A DNA stretch of 10,550 nt from Pseudomonadota bacterium (GTDB lineage: Bacteria; Bdellovibrionota_B; Oligoflexia; Oligoflexales; CAIYRB01), in the NCBI GenBank assembly GCA_031416315.1, contig JANOTL010000178.1:1-10550 (forward strand). Reading direction: 5' to 3'. The position numbers and the translations under genes are program-made. The notes under the pieces were generated by a model. The model worked only from the letters and a program-made list of their open reading frames with translations. It had not been told where the DNA came from and did no database searches. Positions 6,021 to 10,550 of this stretch are shown piece by piece (the stretch's first letter is position 1; each line of letters begins with the position of its first letter).

Positions 6021-6752
6021 ATGAAACGTCTCCAGGCTTTCGCTCTCTTTTTCGGGGCGACGCTAGCTATGGCCGCGCAAACGGGCTGGGCGCTCGATCT
6101 CAATCCGAACGAGATCCGCGGCAAATCGAGCAAAGAGCCGGTCTCGGTTCTGCAGAATCGCTACTTCCTGAAGGCGTTCCGCCCCGAGTTCGGGATGATG
6201 GCGGGTCAGGTCATCGACGAGGCGTATCTCGATACGTCGCTCGCCGGCGGCCGCGTCGGCATGTTCTTCAACGAATGGCTCGGCGTCGACATCCAGATGG
6301 CGCGCACCACCGTGCGCGACTCAGCCGACCGGACGGCGCTGAACAGCGTCAAATACTTGCCCTTGCCCGAGCGCGACGCGAGCGGCAACGCGATCCCCGC
6401 GGATCCGACGGCCGAGCAGCGCGTCGTGACGCCCGATCCCGAAGTAAACGCCGTGCACGCGATGCAAGACGTGACCGCGGTCGCGGCGCCCTTCTACGGC
6501 AAGCTCAACCTGCTCAACAAGTGGATCGTCTACACCGACCTCTACTTCACCAGCGGCTACACCCGCGTCGAGACCGATCAAGGCACGAAAAACGGCATGT
6601 CGTTCGGTGTCGGCCAGCGCTTCTACCTCGGCAAGGCCGTCTCCGTCCGCATCGACGCCCGCGACCGCATCTACAGAGAGAGCCGCGCCGGCAAGCCGAC
6701 GAGCAAGAACACGTACTCATGGGACTTGGGCCTCAGCTACTTCTTCAACTGA
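6021..6752 (+). CDS. Outer-membrane beta-barrel protein, GltA/GltB-like (OMP_myx_plus type), 243 aa
   Basis: Start revised to ATG 6021 with SD AGAGGA 6006-6011; signal peptide ending GWA; family motifs VLQNRYFLK..R.E and PFYGKLNL...YTDLYF; alternating beta-strands; aromatic C-terminus LGLSYFFN; lies directly upstream of a gltC-like gene. Confidence 0.85.
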   Translation: MKRLQAFALFFGATLAMAAQTGWALDLNPNEIRGKSSKEPVSVLQNRYFLKAFRPEFGMMAGQVIDEAYLDTSLAGGRVGMFFNEWLGVDIQMARTTVRDSADRTALNSVKYLPLPERDASGNAIPADPTAEQRVVTPDPEVNAVHAMQDVTAVAAPFYGKLNLLNKWIVYTDLYFTSGYTRVETDQGTKNGMSFGVGQRFYLGKAVSVRIDARDRIYRESRAGKPTSKNTYSWDLGLSYFFN

Positions 6753-6773
6753 GAGCGAAAGAGCACGAACGCC

Positions 6774-8402
6774 ATGCGACTCATTAGAGGCACCATCATC
6801 GCACTCACGTTCAGCGTCGCCCTCCCGGCCACGCAAGGGCTGATGGCGAAGCCGTCTTCGAGCAAGACGAAGAAGAAGAAGGCGAAGAAGATCCCGACTC
6901 TGCGCGAGAAGTACCTCGCGCTGAAGCGGAACTATCGCCAAGGCGACATCTCGAAGCCGAAGATGTGGGCCGAGCTCGCCCGCATCCATGAGAAGGGCGA
7001 CAATCTGCCGCTCGACGAGCGCATCTCGCTGCTCGCGACTCAGGCGACGATGCTGAACGAGGCCGGCTTCCCGATCCTCGCCGCCATCTACTCCTCGCAG
7101 TCCCTGAAGCTCGCGAAGAACCCGATGGACGACGACCTACGTCCGTCCTGGGACCTCCTGCGCCGCGTCTCCGAGCGCCGCCCGATCCACAACCTCGTCG
7201 AGATCGTCGCCGACGGCGTCGACCTCAAGGGAAAATCCGCGCCGGCCTTCGGCACCGACTGGTTCTACTTCGCCGGCAACGCCGCGGCCCGCAAGGGTGA
7301 CTCGGGCCAGGCGATCAAGCTCCTGTCGAAGCTCGCCGTCGACGATCGCCACTTCTTCCCTGGCAAGTACCAGCAGGCGATGCTCTACGTCGACCAAGAC
7401 AAGCTGAAAGAAGCCGAGACCTCGCTGAAGTCGATCCTTTATCCTGCCTCGCAGAAGCTCTCGCCGCTGACGGAAGACGTTCGCGGCGACCTCTCCGATT
7501 ACGCTTACATGGCGCTCGGCCGCATCTACTACGAGCAGCAGAAGTTCTCCGAGTCCGCCAAAACCTACCGCATGGTCGACCGTGACGGCGCCAACTTCTA
7601 CGACGCCCTCTTCGAGCAATCCTGGGCCTTCTTCATGGCCGGCTACCCGGCGCACTCGCTCGGCGCGCTCCATGCCGTCGAGAGCCCCTTCTACAAAGAC
7701 GTCTTCAACCCAGAGGCGCCGATCGTCCGCGCGCTCGTCCACTACTGGCTCTGCCGGTACGAAGACAGCCGTAATGCCGTCGCCGACTTCATGGAGCGTT
7801 ACGAGCCGGCCGTCGAAGGCCTGGCCGAGTTCCTCGAGAGAAAAAGCCTGGATCCGGAGACGGCCTACGCCCTCTTCGAGAACCTCCTCTCGGGCGTGTC
7901 CAGCGAAGCGCTCGGCGTGCCGCGCGGCGTCCTCAAGACCGCGGCGGAGAAGGACAACATGATGCTCGTCCGCGACCAATACGCGGCGATCCTCGAAGAG
8001 AAGAGCCGCCTCGAGTCGCGCGGCATCTACGGCAAGAGCAACTACGCCGGCAAGCCGATGGAGTACTTGGAGCGCTGGGAGACGGCCCTGCGCAAGGACA
8101 TCGGCAAGAGGTTCCTGTCGGAGCTCACCGACATGAAGAAAGAGTACGACCGTCTCTATGCGCAAGCGCAGTTTCTTTACGTCGAGCTGCTGATGTCGGA
8201 GAAAGACCAGATCCTCGGCAAGGACCTCCACGCATCGTCGAAGATCACCAAGGTCACGAAGCGCGAGAAAGTCAGCGGCTGGGCGGAGAGCACGCACGCC
8301 TGGAAAGACTCGCGCAACGGCGAGTACTGGTGGGACGAGGTCGGTTACTACATCACTCGGGTCGAGTCGCAATGCATGGCAAGCGACCGGCCGGCGAAAT
8401 AA
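6774..8402 (+). CDS. gltC: Secreted TPR protein, gliding motility GltC-like, 542 aa
   Basis: Signal peptide; TPR units (AYMALGRIYYEQQKFSESAKTY, ALFEQSWAFF); ALVHYWLCRY; C-terminal GEYWWDEVGYY...C (8319-8351) matches the GltC-type GEYWxDExGYY signature; context between an OMP and a large TPR gene. The CDS is certain, the symbol only probable. Confidence 0.8.
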   Translation: MRLIRGTIIALTFSVALPATQGLMAKPSSSKTKKKKAKKIPTLREKYLALKRNYRQGDISKPKMWAELARIHEKGDNLPLDERISLLATQATMLNEAGFPILAAIYSSQSLKLAKNPMDDDLRPSWDLLRRVSERRPIHNLVEIVADGVDLKGKSAPAFGTDWFYFAGNAAARKGDSGQAIKLLSKLAVDDRHFFPGKYQQAMLYVDQDKLKEAETSLKSILYPASQKLSPLTEDVRGDLSDYAYMALGRIYYEQQKFSESAKTYRMVDRDGANFYDALFEQSWAFFMAGYPAHSLGALHAVESPFYKDVFNPEAPIVRALVHYWLCRYEDSRNAVADFMERYEPAVEGLAEFLERKSLDPETAYALFENLLSGVSSEALGVPRGVLKTAAEKDNMMLVRDQYAAILEEKSRLESRGIYGKSNYAGKPMEYLERWETALRKDIGKRFLSELTDMKKEYDRLYAQAQFLYVELLMSEKDQILGKDLHASSKITKVTKREKVSGWAESTHAWKDSRNGEYWWDEVGYYITRVESQCMASDRPAK

Positions 8403-8427
8403 GCACGGGCACGAAGGGAGTCACCAG

Positions 8428-10550
8428 ATGTTTAGAGGAATGGTTTCGATGAAAGTGCGGAAAATCCTGCGATGGATCGCCGTCGCCGCGACGTGCATGG
8501 CAATCGAGAGCGGCGCGCTCGCCGTGCCTGGCCGCACCGACGACGTAGTCAAAGGGAAGCTCACGGCGCCGGGCTTGGAAGAGCACGCCAACTACTTCTC
8601 CGAGAACCGCAAAGGCGTCTCCAAAGCCGACCTGGAAAAGGCCGACAAGCTGCGTCGCAAGACGATCACGTCGATCCGCGACCTCCTCAACTCCAAGAAG
8701 AAGAGCGTGCGCCGCTTCGAGCTGCTCCTGCGCTTGGGCGAGCTCTACGTCGAGCGCCATGACTTCCTGCGCGACCAGGAGCTGCACAGCTTCGAGACCG
8801 CCTACGACAAATGGTCGCAAGAAGCGGACAAGACGAAGGCCGGCGCCGAGCCGAAGGTCAGCTGGGCCGGCTCTGAAGGCGAGATGACGAAGGCGGCGAA
8901 CTCCTTCCGTCAGCTCGTCACCGAGTTCCCGAAGCACGCGCGCACCGACGCCGCGCTTTACTCGCTCGCGAAGACCTTGGCACGCCTCGGCAAGGACACT
9001 TCCGTCGAGTACTACAAGCAGCTGATCCAAACGTTCCCGAAGTCGCCGCTCATCCCGGACACGTACTTGGCCCTCGGCGAATACTACTTCGAGAAGCACA
9101 ACGTCCCCGAGGCGATCGGCTACTACAAGAAGGTCATGGCCTTCAAAGACCACAAGGCCTACGCCTTCGCCGTCTACAAGCTCGGCTGGGCGCACTACAA
9201 CGCGCCGTCGAAGTCCGAAGCCGACACCAAAGAGAATCTCGGCAAGGCCGTGACCGCGTTCAAGCTCGTCGTCAAGCTGTCGGACGAAGCCGACGAGAGC
9301 GACTCGAAGAAGTTCGCGTCGAACCTTAACCTGCGCGAAGAGGCAATCAAAGACCTCATCATGGTCTGGGCTGACGCGGAGGACGTGCAGTCCGCCTACA
9401 AATACTTCAAGACGATCGGCGACAACCAGTCGTTCTTCAAGATGCTCGAGCGCCTGGGCAACATCTACACCGAGCAGGGCAAGAACCCGCAGGCCATCGC
9501 CGTCTTCCAACGCGTGCTGAAAGACGCGCCGAAGCGCGCGCCGAATCCGCAAATCCACGCGAAGCTGGTCGAGCTCTACGACCTCATCGGCCAGCCGGGC
9601 CAGGTGATCGTCGAGCTGAAGAACATGCAGAAGCTCTACCTCGGCAACACCGCCTGGGTGAAAGCCAACGGCGCGGGCAAAAACAACGAAGAGAACGACA
9701 AGCCGGAAGCCGGCAAGGTCGAGAACGTCGTCGCGAAAAAACCGGCGATCCAAGAAGCGACGCACCTGGTCGAGCACTCGATCCACAAGTGGGGCGCGAC
9801 CTTCCACCAGCGCGGCCAAAAGTCGAACTCGGAGCCGTATTACAAGTCGGCCGCCGAGATCTACAAGATGTACCTCGAGTCCTTTGCCTCGGAAGCGGCG
9901 GCCTACGACATCCGCTACTACCTTGGCGAGATCCTCTACGACTTCAAGCAGTGGGAGCCCGCAGCCGGCCACTACATGAAGGTCGCGAAGCAGGACCCCA
10001 AGGGCAAGTACATGAAGCCGGCGGCGCTGAACGCCGTCGCCGCGACCAACCAGCTCGTGCAGACCAAAAAGTGGCCGCAGCTGCCGCCTTTGGGCCAAGT
10101 GCCGAAGCCGATCACGCTCCCCCACGAGAAGAAGATGCTGGTCGAGATGATCGACCAATACGTCCAGCTCCTGCCGAAGGAAAAAGACGGCGAGCCGATG
10201 CGCTTCACGGCGGCCGAGATCTTCTTCGCGCACGGCCACTATCCCGAGGCGATCAAGCGCTTCGAGAAGATCACCGCCGAGATCCCGGACACCAAGCAGG
10301 CGCGCTCTTCCGCCCGGATGATCCTGGGCTACTACGCGGACAAGGAAGACTGGAACAAGCTGATCTCATGGTCGGGCAAGTTCAACAAGAACGAGAAGCT
10401 GTGCGACGCCGAGCTGAAGAAATACGTAGTGGACCTTCTTCGCGGCTCGATGTTCAAGCGCGCGCTGGCCTATGAGAAGGCCGGTAAGCACGAGCAAGCC
10501 GCTCGCGCTTTCCTCGACTATCAAAAGGAGTTCCCGAACGATCCCAGCGC
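8428..10550 (+). CDS. gltD: Large secreted TPR protein, GltD/AgmU-like (3'-partial, more than 700 aa; absent from the ORF track)
   Basis: Frame open from ATG 8428 (SD GGGAG 8416-8420; in-frame alternatives ATG 8440 and 8449, the latter with AGAGGA 8434-8439) to the window end. Translation: MFRGMVSMKVRKILRWIAVAATCMAIESGALA...FELLLRLGELYVER...LVTEFPKHARTDAALYSLA...LIQTFPKSPLIPDTYLALGEYYFE...AVYKLGWAHYN...IRYYLGEILYD...MRFTAAEIFF, with many TPRs. The symbol is inferred from motifs and gene order. Confidence 0.8.
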   Translation, partial: MFRGMVSMKVRKILRWIAVAATCMAIESGALAVPGRTDDVVKGKLTAPGLEEHANYFSENRKGVSKADLEKADKLRRKTITSIRDLLNSKKKSVRRFELLLRLGELYVERHDFLRDQELHSFETAYDKWSQEADKTKAGAEPKVSWAGSEGEMTKAANSFRQLVTEFPKHARTDAALYSLAKTLARLGKDTSVEYYKQLIQTFPKSPLIPDTYLALGEYYFEKHNVPEAIGYYKKVMAFKDHKAYAFAVYKLGWAHYNAPSKSEADTKENLGKAVTAFKLVVKLSDEADESDSKKFASNLNLREEAIKDLIMVWADAEDVQSAYKYFKTIGDNQSFFKMLERLGNIYTEQGKNPQAIAVFQRVLKDAPKRAPNPQIHAKLVELYDLIGQPGQVIVELKNMQKLYLGNTAWVKANGAGKNNEENDKPEAGKVENVVAKKPAIQEATHLVEHSIHKWGATFHQRGQKSNSEPYYKSAAEIYKMYLESFASEAAAYDIRYYLGEILYDFKQWEPAAGHYMKVAKQDPKGKYMKPAALNAVAATNQLVQTKKWPQLPPLGQVPKPITLPHEKKMLVEMIDQYVQLLPKEKDGEPMRFTAAEIFFAHGHYPEAIKRFEKITAEIPDTKQARSSARMILGYYADKEDWNKLISWSGKFNKNEKLCDAELKKYVVDLLRGSMFKRALAYEKAGKHEQAARAFLDYQKEFPNDPS

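Noticed and set aside
7137..8372. 411-aa minus-strand ORF
   Set aside because: Antisense shadow of the gltC-like gene.
8353..10239. 628-aa minus-strand ORF
   Set aside because: Antisense shadow of the strongly codon-biased gltD-like gene; no motifs.

Overview
GC-rich bacterial DNA; the gene content suggests a Bdellovibrionota/Oligoflexia- or myxobacteria-like organism (inference). Left to right: a REP-like palindrome, a sigma70-type promoter and a lipoprotein metzincin zinc protease (EcxA/DUF4953-like) with a terminator. Next is a probable sigma54-driven two-gene operon encoding a lipoprotein with a Pro-x-Thr stalk and a GP42/TGase_elicitor-like transglutaminase domain, plus a small secreted 6-Cys protein. 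A convergent minus-strand pair (XRE-type HTH regulator and hemerythrin/HHE protein) follows, then a palindrome-rich divergent intergenic region. The window ends with the start of a Glt-type gliding-motility operon: a beta-barrel OMP, a GltC-like TPR protein and a GltD/AgmU-like TPR protein that runs off the right edge and is missing from the ORF track. No rRNA, tRNA, CRISPR array or transposase was seen. Family calls come from motif recognition by eye, not from searches.
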